Shown: positions 1-14,000 of the stretch, one piece after another | Layout: every line of letters begins with the position of its first letter | Position numbering within the stretch: the first letter of the stretch is position 1 | Made by a program: the position numbers and the translations under genes | The notes under the pieces: model-generated | What the model was told of the DNA's origin: nothing | The model's database searches: none | Seen by the model: only the letters and a program-made list of their open reading frames with translations | NCBI GenBank assembly: GCA_964016885.1 | Contig: OZ024752.1 | Coordinates: forward strand, 29,388,001-29,452,000 | Length of the DNA: 64,000 bases | DNA from: Eledone cirrhosa | Lineage: Eukaryota | Reading direction: 5' to 3'

Positions 1-3000
1 GTAGGTAGAGTTTATCATGACACCAGCACTAGAGAGGTAGAGTTTATCATGTCACCAGCACTAGAGAGGTAGAGTTTATCATGTTACCAGCACTACAGTA
101 GGTAGAGTTTATCATGACACCAGCACTAGAGAGGTAGAGTTTATCATGTAACTAGCACTAGAGAGGTAGAGTTTATCATGTCACCAGCACTACAGTAGGT
201 AGAGTTTATCATGTCACCAGCACTAGACAGGTAGAGTTTATCATGTAACCAGCAGTACAGTAGGTAGTTTATAATGTCACCAGCACTAGAGAGGTAGAGC
301 TTATCATGACACCAGCACTACAGTAGGTAGTGTTTATCATGTCACCAGCACTAGAGAGATAGAGTTTATCATGTCACCAGAACTAGAGAGGTAGAGTTTA
401 TCATGTCACCAGCACTACAGTAGGTAGTGCTTATCATGTCACCAGCACTAGAGAGATAGAGTTTATCATGTCACCAGAACTAGAGAGGTAGAGTTTATCA
501 TGTCACCAGCACTACAGTAGGTAGAGTATATCATGACACCACCACTAGAGAGGTAGAGTTTATCATGTCACCAGCACTAGACAGGTAGAGTTTATCATGT
601 CACCAGCACTACAGTAGGTAGTGCTTATCATGACACCAGCACTACAGTAGGTACAGTTAATCATGTCACCAGCAGTACAGTAGGTAGAGTTTATCATGTC
701 ACCAGCACTAGAGAGGTAGAGTTTATCATGTAACCAGCACTCCAGTAGGTAGTTTATAATGTCACCAGCACTACAGTAGGTAGTGTTTATCATGTCACCA
801 GCACTAGAGAGGTAGAGTTTATCATGTCACCAATACTAGAGAGGTAAAGTTTATCATGACACCAGCACTACAGTAGGTAGTGTTTACCATGACACCAGCA
901 CTAGAGAGGTAGAGTTTATCATGTCACCAGCACTACAGTAGGTAGTGTTTATCATGTCACCAGCACTAGAGAGGTAGAGTTTATCATGTCACCAGCACTA
1001 GAGAGGTAGTGTTTATCATGTTACCAGCACTACAGTAGGTAGTGTTTATCATGACACCAGCACTAGAGAGGTAGAGTTTATCATGTCACTAGCACTAGAG
1101 AGGTAGAGTTTATCATGTCACCAATACTAGAGAGGTAAAGTTTATCATGACACCAGCAATACAGTAGGTGGAGTTTATCATGTCACCAGCACTAACGAGG
1201 TAGAATTTATCATGTCACCACCACTAGAGAGGTAGTGTTTATCATGTCACCAGCACTACAGTAGGTAGTGTTTATCATGACACCAGCACTAGAGAGGTAG
1301 AGTTTATCATGACACCAGCACTAGAGAGGTAGAGTTTATCATGACACCAACAGTACAGTAGGTAGAGTTTATCATGACACCAGCAGTACAGTAGGTAGTG
1401 TTTATCATGTCACCAGCACTAGAGAGGTAGAGTTTATCATGACACCAGCACTACAGTAGGTAGTGTTTATCATGACACCACCACTAGAGAGGTAGAGTGT
1501 ATCATGTCACCAGCACTACAGTAGGTAGTTTATCATGTCACCAGCACTAGAGGTAGAGTTTATCATGTCACCAGCACTAGAGAGGTAGAGTTTATCATGT
1601 CACCAGCACTACAGTAGGTAGAGTTTATCATGACACCACCACTAGAGAGGTAGAGTGTATCATGTCACCAGCACTAGAGAGGTAGAGTTTATCATGTCAC
1701 CAGCACTACAGTAGGTAGTGTTTATCATGTCACCAGCACTAGTGAGGTAGAGTTTATCATGTCACCAGCACTAGAGAGGTAGTGTTTATCATGTCACCAG
1801 CACTACAGTAGGTAGTGTTTATCATGACACCAGCACTAGAGAGGTAGAGTTTATCATGACACCAACAGTACAGTAGGTAGAATTTATCATGACACCAGCA
1901 GTACAGTAGGTAGAGTTTATCATGTCACCAGCACTAGAGAGGTAGAGTTTATCATGACACCAGCACTAGAAAGGTACAGTTTATCATGACACCAACAGTA
2001 CAGTAGGTAGAGTTTATCATGTCACCAGCACTCCAGTAGGTAGTTTATAATGTAACCAGCACTACAGTAGGTAGTGTTTATCATGTCACTAGCACTAGAG
2101 AGGTAGAGTTTATCATGTCACCAATACTAGAGAGGTAAAGTTTATCATGACACCAGCACTACAGTAGGTAGTGTTTATCATGACACCAGCACTAGAGAGG
2201 TAGAGTTTATCATGTCACCAGCACTACAGTAGGTAGTGTTTATCATGTCACCAGCACTAGAGAGGTAGAGTTTATCATGTCACCAGCACTAGAGAGGTAG
2301 TTTTTATCATGTCACCAGCACTACAGTAGGTAGTGTTTATCATGACACCAGCACTAGAAAGGTAGTGTTTATCATGACACCAGCACTACAGTAGGTAGAG
2401 TTTATCATGTCACCAGCAGTACAGTAGGTAGAGTTTATCATGTCACCAGCACTAGAGAGGTAGAGTTTATCATGTCACCAGCACTCCAGTAGGTAGTTTA
2501 TAATGTCACCAGCACTACAGTAGGTAGAGTTTATCATGTCACCAGCACTAGAGAGGTAGAGTTTATCATGACACCAGCAATACAGTAGGTAGAGTTTATC
2601 ATGTCACCAGCACTAACGAGGTAGAGTTTATCGTCACCAGCACTAGAGAGGTAGAGTTTATCATATCACCAATACTAGAGAGGTAAAGTTTATCATGACA
2701 CCAGCACTACAGTAGGTAGTGTTTATCATGTCACCAGCACTAGAGAGGTAGTGTTTATCATGTCACCAGCACTACAGTAGGTAGTGTTTATCATGACACC
2801 AGCACTAGAGAGGTAGAGTTTATCATGTCACCAGCACTAGAGAGGTAGAGTTTATCATGTCACTAGCACTACAGTAGGTAGTGTTTATCATGTCACCAGC
2901 ACTACAGTAGGTAGTGTTTATCATGTCACCAGCACTAGAGAGGTAGAGTTTATCATGTCACCAGCACTAGAGAGGTAGAGTTTATCATGTCACCAGCACT

Positions 3001-6000
3001 AGAAAGGTAGAGTTTATCATGACACCAGCACTAGAGAGGTAGAGTTTATCATGTCACCAGTACTCCAGTAGGTAGTGTTTATCATGACACCAGCACTAGA
3101 GAGGTAGAGTTTATCATGAAACCAGCAGTACAGTAGGTAGAGTTTATCATGACACCAGCACTACAGTAGGTAGTTTATCATGTCACCAGCACTAGAGAGG
3201 TTGAGTTTATCATGACACCAGCACTAGAGAGGTAGAGTTTATCATGACACCAGCACTAGAGAGGTAGAGTTTATCATGACACCAACAGTACAGTAGGTAG
3301 AGTTTATCATGACACCAGCAGTACAGTAGGTAGAGTTTATCATGTCACCAGCACTAGAGAGGTAGAGTTTATCATGTCACCAATACTAGAGAGGTAAAGT
3401 TTATCATGACACCAGCAATACAGTAGGTAGAGTTTATCATGTCACCAGCACTAGAGAGGTAGAGTTTATCATGTCACCAGCACTACAGTAGGTAGTGTTT
3501 ATCATGTCACCAGCACTAGAGAGGTAGAGTGTATCGTGTCACGAACACTACAGTAGGTAGTGTTTATCATGACACCAGCACTAGAGAGGTAGAGTTTATC
3601 ATGTCACCAGCACTAACGAGGTAGAGTTTATCATGTCACCAGCACTAACGAGGTAGTGTTTATCATGTCACCAGCACTAGAGAGGTAGAGTTTATCATGT
3701 CACCACCACTAGAGAGGTAGTGTTTATCATGTCACCAGCACTACAGTAGGTAGTGTTTATCATGGCACCAGCACTAGAGAGGTAGAGTTTATCATGACAC
3801 CAGCACTAGAGAGGTAGAGTTTATCATGACACCAACAGTACAGTAGGTAGAGTTTATCATGACACCAGCAGTACAGTAGGTAGAGTTTATCATGTCACCA
3901 GCACTAGAAAGGTAGAGTTTATCATGTCACCAGTACTACAGTAGGTAGTGTTTATCATGACACCAGCACTACAGTAGGTAGTTTATCATGTCACCAGCAC
4001 TAGAGAGGTAGAGATTATCATGTCACCAGCATGAGAGAGGTAGAATTTATCATGTCACCAGCACTAGAGAGGTCGAGTGTATCATGTCACCAGCACTACA
4101 GTAGGTAGTTTATCATGTCACCAGCACTAGAGGTAGAGTTTATCATGTCACCAGCACTAGAGAGGTAGAGTTTATCATGTCACCAGCACTACAGTAGGTA
4201 GAGTTTATCATGACACAACCAATAGAGAGGTAGAGTGTATCATGTCACCAGCACTAGAGAGGTAGAGTTTATCATGTCACCAGCACTAGAGAGGTAGAGT
4301 TTATCATGTCACCAGCACTAGAGAGGTAGAATTTATCATGTCACCAGCACTAGACAGGTAGAGTTTATCATGTCACCAGCACTAGAGAGGTAGAGTTTAT
4401 CATGTCACCAGCACTACAGTAGGTAGTTTATAATGTCACCAGCACTACAGTAGGTAGTGTTTATCATGTCACCAGCACTAGAGAGGTAGAGTTTATCATG
4501 TCACCAATACTAGAGAGGTAAAGTTTATCATGACACCAGCACTACAGTAGGTAGTGTTTATCATGACACCAGCACTAGAGAGGTAGAGTTTATCATGACA
4601 CCAGCAATACAGTAGGTAGAGTTTATCATGACACCAGCAGTACAGTAGGTAGAGTTTATCATGACACCAGCACTAGAGAGGTAGAGTGTATCATGTCACC
4701 AGCACTAGAGAGGTAGAGTTTATCATGACACCAATACTACAGTAGGTAGTGTTTATCATGTCACCAGCACTAAAGAGGTAGAGTTTATCATGTCACCAGA
4801 ACTAGAGAGGTAGAGTTTATCATGTCACGAGTACTACAGTAGGTAGTGCTTATCATGACACCAGCACTACAGTAGGTACAGTTTATCATGTCACCAGCAC
4901 TAGAGAGGTAGAGTTTATCATGTCACCAGCACTCCAGTAGGTAGTTTATAATGTCACCAGCACTACAGTAGGTAGTGTTTATCATGACACCAGCACTAGA
5001 AAGGTAGAGTTTATCATGTCACCAGTACTACAGTAGGTAGAGTTTATCATGTCACCAGCTCTAGAGAGGTAGAGTTTATCATGTCACCAATACTAGAGAG
5101 GTAAAGTTTATCATGTCACCAGCTCTAGAGAGGTAGAGTTTATCATGACACCAACACTACAGTAGGTAGAGATTATCATGACACCAGCACTACAGTAGGT
5201 AGTGTTTATCATGAGACCAGCACTACAGTAGGTAGTGTTTATCATGTCACCAGCACTAGAGAGGTAGAGTTGATCATGTCACCAGCACTAGAGAGGTAGA
5301 GTTTATCATGTCACCAGCACTAGAGAGGTAGAGTTTATCATGTCACCAGCACTAGAAAGGTAGAGTTTATCATGACACCAGCTCTAGAGAGGTAGAGTTT
5401 ATCATGAGACCAACAGTACAGTAGGTAGAGTTTATCATGACACCAGCAGTACAGTAGGTAGAGTTTATCATGTCACCAGCACTAGAGAGGTAGAGTTTAT
5501 CATGTCACCAGTACTACAGTAGGTAGTGTTTATCATGACACCAGCACTACAGTAGGTAGTTTATCATGTCACCAGCACTAGAGAGGTAGAGCTTATCATG
5601 TCACCAGCATGAGAGAGGTAGAGTTTATCATGTCACCAGCACTACAGTAGGTAGAGTTTATCATGACACCAGCACTAGAGAGGTCGAGTGTATCATGTCA
5701 CCAGCACTACAGTAGGTAGTTTATCATGTCACCAGCACTAGAGGTAGAGTTTATCATGTCACCAGCACTAGAGAGGTAGAGTGTATCATGTCACCAGCAC
5801 TAGAGAGGTAGAGTTTATCATGACACCAGCACTAGAGAGGTAGAGTTTATCATGTCACCAGCACTAGAGAGGTAGAGTTTATCATGTCACCAGCACTAGA
5901 GAGGTAGAGTTTATCATGTCACCAGCACTAGACAGGTAGAGTTTATCATGTCACCAGCACTAGAGAGGTAGAGTTTATCATGTCACCAGCACTAGAGAGG

Positions 6001-8949
6001 TAGAGTTTATCATGTCACCAATACTAGAGAGGTAAAGTTTATCATGACACCAGCAATACAGTAGGTAGAGTTTATCATGTCACCAGCACTAACGAGGTAG
6101 AGTTTATCATGTCACCAGCACTAGAGAGGTAGAGTTTATCATGTCACCAATACTAGAGAGGTAAAGTTTATCACGACACCAGCACTACAGTAGGTAGTGT
6201 TTATCATGTCACCAGCACTAGAGGTAGAGTTTATCATGTCACCAGCACTAGAGAGGTAGATTTTATCATGTCACCAGCACTACAGTAGGTAGAGTTTATC
6301 ATGACACCACCACTAGAGAGGTAGAGTGAATCATGTCACCAGCAGTACAGTAGATAGTGTTTATCATGACACCAGCACTAGAGAGGTAGAGTTTATCATG
6401 TCACCAGCACTAGAGAGGTAGAGTTTATCATGTCACCAGCACTAGAGAGGTAGAGTTTATCATGTCACCAGCACTAGACAGGTAGAGTTTATCATATCAC
6501 CAGCACTAGAGAGGTAGAGTTTATCATGTCTCCAGAACTAGAGAGGTAGAGTTTATCATGTCACCATCACTAGAGAGGTAGAGTTTATCATGTCACCAAT
6601 ACTAGAGAAGTAAAGTTTATCATGACACCAGCAATACAGTAGGTAGAGTTTATCATGTCACCAGCACTAACGAGGTAGAGTTTATCATGTCACCAGCACT
6701 AGAGAGGTAGAGTTTATCATGTCACCAGCATTAGAGAGGTAGAGTTTATCATGTCACCAGCACAAGAAAGGTAGAGTTTATCATGACACCAGCACTAGAG
6801 AGGTAGAGTTTATCATGACACCAACAGTACAGTAGGTAGAGTTTATCATGACACCAGCAGTACTTTAGGGAGAGTTTATCATGTCACCAGCAGTACAGTA
6901 GGTAGAGTTTATCATGTCACCAGCACTAGAGAGGTAGAGTTTATCATGACACCAGCACTAGAAAGGTAGAATTTATCATGTCACCAGCACTACAGTAGGT
7001 AGTGTTTATCATGTCACCAGCACTAGAGAGGTAGAGTTTATCATGTCACCAGCACTAGAGAGGTAGTGCTTATCATGTCGCCAGCACTACAGTAGGTAGT
7101 GTTTATCATGACACCAGCACTAGAGAGGTAGAGTTTATCATGTCACCAGCACTAGAGAGGTAGAGTTTATCATGTCACCAGCACTAGAAAGGTAGTGTTT
7201 ATCATGACACCAGCACTACAGTAGGTAGTGTTTATCATGTCACCAGCACTAGAGAGGTAGATTTTATCATGTCACCAGCACTAGAAAGGTAGAGTTTATC
7301 ATGACACCAGCACTAGAGAGGTAGAGTTTATCATGACACCAACAGTACAGTAGGTAGAGTTTATCATGTCACCAGCACTAGAGAGGTAGAGTTTATCATG
7401 ACACCAGCACTAGAAAGGTAGAATTTATCATATCACCAGTACTACAGTAGGTAGTGTTTATCATGACACCAGCACTACAGTAGGTAGTTTATCATGTCAC
7501 CAGCACTAGAGAGGTAGAGCTTATCATGTCACCAGCATGAGAGAGGTAGAGTTTATCATGTCACCAGCACTACAGTAGGTAGAGTTTATCATGACCCCAG
7601 CACTAGAGAGGTCGAGTGTATTATGTCATCAGCACTACAGTAGGTAGTTTATCATGTCACCAGCACTAGAGGTAGAGTTTATCATGTCACCAGCACTAGA
7701 GAGGTAGAGTTTATCATGTCACCAGCACTACAGTAGGTAGAGTTTATCATGACACCACCACTAGAGAGGTAGAGTGTATCATGTCACCAGCACTAGAGAG
7801 GTAGAGTTTATCATGACACCAGCACTAGAGAGGTAGAGTTTAACATGTCACCAGCACTAGAGAGGTAGAGTTTATCATGTCACCAGCACTAGAAAGGTAG
7901 AGTTTATCATGACACCAGCACTAGAGAGGTAGAGTTTATCATGACACCAACAGTACAGTAGGTAGAGTTTATCATGACACCAGCAGTACAGTAGGTAGAG
8001 TTTATCATGTCATCAGCACTAGAGTGGTAGAGTTTATCATGTCACCAGCACTACAGTAGGTAGTTTATCATGTCACCAGCACTAGAGGTAGAGTTTATCA
8101 TGTCACCAGCACTAGAGAGGTAGAGTTTATCATGTCACCAGCACTAGAGAGGTAGAGTTTATCATGTCACCAGCACTAGAAAGGTAGTGTTTATCATGAC
8201 ACCAGCACTACAGTAGGTAGTGTTTATCATGTCACCAGCACTACAGTAGGTAGTGTTTATCATGTCACCAGCACTAGAGAGGTAGAGTTTATCATGTCAC
8301 CAGCACTAGAGAGGTAGAGTTTATCATGTCACCAGCACTACAAAGGTAGAGTTTATCATGACACCAGCACTAGAGAGGTAGAGTTTATCATGTCACCAAT
8401 ACTAGAGAGGTAAAGTTTATCATGACACCAGCACTACAGTAGGTAGTGTTTATCATGTCACCAGCACTAGAGAGGTAGAGTTTATCATGTCACCAATACT
8501 AGAGAGGTAAAGTTTATCATGACACCAGCACTACAGTAGGTAGTGTTTATCATGTCACCAGCACTAGAGAGGTAGAGTTTATCATGTCACCAATACTAGA
8601 GAGGTAAAGTTTATCATGACACCAGTACTACAGTAGGTAGAGTTTATCATGTCACCAGCACTAGAGGTAGAGTTTATCATGTTACCAGCACTAGAGAGGT
8701 AGAGTTTATCATGTCACCAGCACTAGAGAGGTAGTGTTTATCATGTCACCAGCACTACAGTAGGTAGTGTTTATCATGACACCAGAACTAGAGAGGTAGA
8801 GTTTATCATGTCACCAGCACTAGAGAGGTAGAGTTTATCATGTCACCAGCACTAGACAGGTAGAGTTTATCATGTCACCAGCACTAGAGAGGTAGAGTTT
8901 ATCATGTCACCAGCACTAGAGAGGTAGAGTTTATCATGTCACCATCACT

Positions 8950-11010
8950 AGAGAGGTAGAGTTTATCATGTCACCAGCACTAGAGAGGTAGAGTTTATCA
9001 TGTCACCAATACTAGACAGGTAGAGTTTATCATGTCACCAGCACTAGACAGGTAGAGATTATCATGTCACCAGCACTAGAGAGGTAGAGTTTATCATGTC
9101 ACCAGCACTAGAGAGGTAGAGTTTATCATGTCACCAGCACTAGAGAGGTAGAGTTTATCATGTCACCAGCACTAGACAGGTAGAGTTTATCATGTCACCA
9201 GCACTAGAGAGGTAGAGTTTATCATGTCACCAGCACTACAGTAGGTAGTGTTTATCATGTCACCAGCACTAGAGAGGTAGAGTTTATCATGTCACCAGCA
9301 CTAGAGAGGTAGTGTTTATCATGTCACCAGCACTACAGTAGGTAGTGTTTATCATGACACCAGAACTAGAGAGGTAGAGTTTATCATGTCACCAGCACTA
9401 GAGAGGTAGAGTTTATCATGTCACCAGCACTAGACAGGTAGAGTTTATCATGTCACCAGCACTAGAGAGGTAGAGTTTATCATGTCACCAGCACTAGAGA
9501 GGTAGAGTTTATCATGTCACCAGCACTAGAGAGGTAGAGTTTATCATGTCACCAATACTAGAGAAGTAAAGTTTATCATGACACCAGCAATACAGTAGGT
9601 AGAGTTTATCATGTCACCAGCACTAGAGAGGTAGAGTTTATCATGTCACCACCACTAGAGAGGTAGTGTTTATCATGTCACCAGCACTAACGAGGTAGAG
9701 TTTATCATGTCACCAGCACTAGAGAGGTAGAGTTTATCATGTCACCAATACTAGAGAGGTAAAGTTTATCACGACACCAGCACTACAGTAGGTAGTGTTT
9801 ATCATGTCACCAGCACTAGAGAGGTAGAGTTTATCATGTCACCACCACTAGAGAGGTAGTGTTTATCATGTCACCAGCACTACAGTAGGTAGTGTTTATC
9901 ATGACACCAGCACTAGAGAGGTAGAGTTTATCATTTCAACAGCACTAGAGAGGTAGAGTTTATCATGTCACCAGCACTAGAGAGGTAGAGTTTATCATGT
10001 CACCAGCACTAGAGAGGTAGAGTTTATCATGTCACCAATACTAGACAGGTAGAGTTTATCATGTCACCAGCACTAGACAGGTAGAGATTATCATGTCACC
10101 AGCACTAGAGAGGTAGAGTTTATCATGTCACCAGCACTAGAGAGGTAGAGTTTATCATGTCACCAGCACTAGAGAGGTAGAGTTTATCATGTCACCAGCA
10201 CTAGACAGGTAGAGTTTATCATGTCACCAGCACTAGAGAGGTAGAGTTTATCATGTCACCAGCACTACAGTAGGTAGTGTTTATCATGTCACCAGCACTA
10301 GAGAGGTAGAGTTTATCATGTCACCAGCACTAGAGAGGTAGTGTTTATCATGTCACCAGCACTACAGTAGGTAGTGTTTATCATGACACCAGAACTAGAG
10401 AGGTAGAGTTTATCATGTCACCAGCACTAGAGAGGTAGAGTTTATCATGTCACCAGCACTAGACAGGTAGAGTTTATCATGTCACCAGCACTAGAGAGGT
10501 AGAGTTTATCATGTCACCAGCACTAGAGAGGTAGAGTTTATCATGTCACCAGCACTAGAGAGGTAGAGTTTATCATGTCACCAATACTAGAGAAGTAAAG
10601 TTTATCATGACACCAGCAATACAGTAGGTAGAGTTTATCATGTCACCAGCACTAGAGAGGTAGAGTTTATCATGTCACCACCACTAGAGAGGTAGTGTTT
10701 ATCATGTCACCAGCACTAACGAGGTAGAGTTTATCATGTCACCAGCACTAGAGAGGTAGAGTTTATCATGTCACCAATACTAGAGAGGTAAAGTTTATCA
10801 CGACACCAGCACTACAGTAGGTAGTGTTTATCATGTCACCAGCACTAGAGAGGTAGAGTTTATCATGTCACCACCACTAGAGAGGTAGTGTTTATCATGT
10901 CACCAGCACTACAGTAGGTAGTGTTTATCATGACACCAGCACTAGAGAGGTAGAGTTTATCATTTCAACAGCACTAGAGAGGTAGAGTTTATCATGTCAC
11001 CAGCACTAGA
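8950..11010. repeat. Higher-order tandem duplication within the satellite, period 1029 bp (27x32 + 5x33)
   Basis: Rare variants recur at +1029: gagatta 9058/10087, gagaagtaaa 9561/10590, catttcaac 9932/10961. Boundaries are approximate. Confidence 0.9.
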
Positions 11011-14000
11011 GAGGTAGAGTTTATCATGTCACCAGCACTAGAGAGGTAGTGCTTATCATGTCGCCAGCACTAGAGAGGTAGAGTTTATCATGTCACCAGC
11101 ACTAAAGAGGTAGAGTTTATCATGTCACCAGCACTAGAAAGGTAGTGTTTATCATGACACCAGCACTACAGTAGGTAGTGTTTATCATGTCACCAGCACT
11201 AGAGAGGTAGATTTTATCATGTCACCAGCACTAGAAAGGTAGAGTTTATCATGACACCAGCACTAGAGAGGTAGAGTTTATCATGACACCAACAGTACAG
11301 TAGGTAGAGTTTATCATGACACTAGCAGTACAGTAGGTAGAGTTTATCATGTCACCAGCACTAGAGAGGTAGAGTTTATCATGACACCAGCACTAGAAAG
11401 GTAGAATTTATCATATCACCAGTACTACAGTAGGTAGTGTTTATCATGACACCAGCACTGCAGTAGGTAGTTTATCATGTCACCAGCACTAGAGGTAGAG
11501 TTTATCATGTCACCAGCACTAGAGAGGTAGAGTTTATCATGTCACCAGCACTACAGTAGGTAGAGTTTATCATGACACCACCACTAGAGAGGTAGAGTGT
11601 ATCATGTCACCAGCACTAGAGAGGTAGAGTTTATCATGACACCAGCACTAGAGAGGTAGAGTTTAACATGTCACCAGCACTAGAGAGGTAGAGTTTATCA
11701 TGTCACCAGCACTAGAAAGGTAGAGTTTATCATGACACCAACAGTACAGTAGGTAGAGTTTATCATGACACCAGCAGTACAGTAGGTAGAGTTTATCATG
11801 ACACCAGCACTAGAGAGGTAGAGTTTATCATGACACCAACAGTACAGTAGGTAGAGTTTATCATGACACCAGCAGTACAGTAGGTAGTGTTTATCATGAC
11901 ACCAGCACTAGAGAGGTAGAGTTTATCATGACACCAACAGTACAGTAGGTAGAGTTTATCATGTCATCAGCACTAGAGTGGTAGAGTTTATCATGACACC
12001 AGCACTACTGTAGGTAGTGCTTATCATGTCACCAGAACTAGAGAGGTAGAGATTATCATGTCACCAGCACTACAGTACGTAGAGTTTATCATTATACCAG
12101 CACTAGAGAGGTAGAGTTTATCATGTCACCAGTACTACAGTAGGTAGTGTTTATCATGACACCAACAGTACAGTAGGTAGAGTTTATCATGTCACCAGCA
12201 CTACAGTAGGTAGTTTATCATGTCACCAGCACTAGAGGTAGAGTTTATCATGTCACCAGCACTAGAGAGGTAGAGTTTATCATGTCACCAGCACTAGAGA
12301 GGTAGAGTTTATCATGTCACCAGCACTAGAAAGGTAGTGTTTATCATGACACCAGCACTACAGTAGGTAGTGTTTATCATGTCACCAGCACTACAGTAGG
12401 TAGTGTTTATCATGTCACCAGCACTAGAGAGGTAGAGTTTATCATGTCACCAGCACTAGAAAGGTAGAGTTTATCATGACACCAGCACTAGAGAGGTAGA
12501 GTTTATCATGACACCAACAGTACAGTAGGTAGAGTTTATCATGACACCAGCACTAGAAAGGTAGAGTTTATCATGTCACCAATACTAGAGAGGTAAAGTT
12601 TATCATGACACCAGCACTACAGTAGGTAGTGTTTATCATGTCACCAGCACTAGAGAGGTAGAGTTTATCATGTCACCAATACTAGAGAGGTAAAGTTTAT
12701 CATGACACCAGTACTACAGTAGGTAGTGTTTATCATGTCACCAGCACTAGAGGTAGAGTTTATCATGTTACCAGCACTAGAGAGGTAGAGTTTATCATGT
12801 CACCAGCACTAGAGAGGTAGTGTTTATCATGTCACCAGCACTACAGTAGGTAGTGTTTATCATGACACCAGAACTAGAGAGGTAGAGTTTATCATGTCAC
12901 CAGCACTAGAGAGGTAGAGTTTATCATGTCACCAGCACTAGACAGGTAGAGTTTATCATGTCACCAGCACTAGAGAGGTAGAGTTTATCATGTCACCAGC
13001 ACTAGAGAGGTAGAGTTTATCATGTCACCAGCACTAGAGAGGTAGAGTTTATCATGTCACCAGCACTAGAGAGGTAGAGTTTATCATGTCACCACCACTA
13101 GAGAGGTAGTGTTTATCATGTCACCAGCACTAACGAGGTAGAGTTTATCATGTCACCAGCACTAGAGAGGTAGAGTTTATCATGTCACCAATACTAGAGA
13201 GGTAAAGTTTATCACGACACCAGCACTACAGTAGGTAGTGTTTATCATGTCACCAGCACTAGAGAGGTAGAGTTTATCATGTCACCACCACTAGAGAGGT
13301 AGTGTTTATCATGTCACCAGCACTACAGTAGGTAGTGTTTATCATGAGACCAGCACTAGAGAGGTAGAGTTTATCATTTCAACAGCACTAGAGAGGTAGA
13401 GTTTATCATGTCACCAGCACTAGAAAGGTAGTGTTTATCATGACACCAGCACTACAGTAGGTAGAGTTTATCATGTCACCAGCACTACAGTAGGTAGTCT
13501 ATCATGTCACCAGCACTAGAGAGGTAGAGTTTATCATGTCACCAGCATTAGAGAGGTAAAGTTTATCATGTCACCAGCACTAGAAAGGTAGAATTTATCA
13601 TGACACCAGCACTAGAGAGGTAGAGTTTATCATGACACCAACAGTACAGTAGGTAGAGTTTATCATGACCCCAGCAGTACAGTAGGTAGTGTTTATCATG
13701 ACACCAGCACTACAGTAGGTAGTTTATCATGTCACCAGCACTAGAGAGGTAGAGCTTATCATGTCACCAGCATGAGAGAGGTAGAGTTTATCATGTCACC
13801 AGCACTACAGTAGGTAGTGTTTATCATGTCACCAGCACTAGAAAGGTAGAGTTTATCATGACACCAGCACTAGAGAGGTCGAGTGTATCATGTCACCAGC
13901 ACTACAGTAGGTAGTTCATCATGTCACCAGCACTAGAGAGGTAGAGTTTATCATGTCACCAGCACTACAGTAGGTAGAGTTTATCATGACACCACCACTA

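Noticed and set aside
563-793. 76-aa ORF with an 11-residue repeat
   Set aside because: It arises from a local run of satellite monomers that happens to stay in frame. The 32-bp monomers introduce stops and frameshifts everywhere else.
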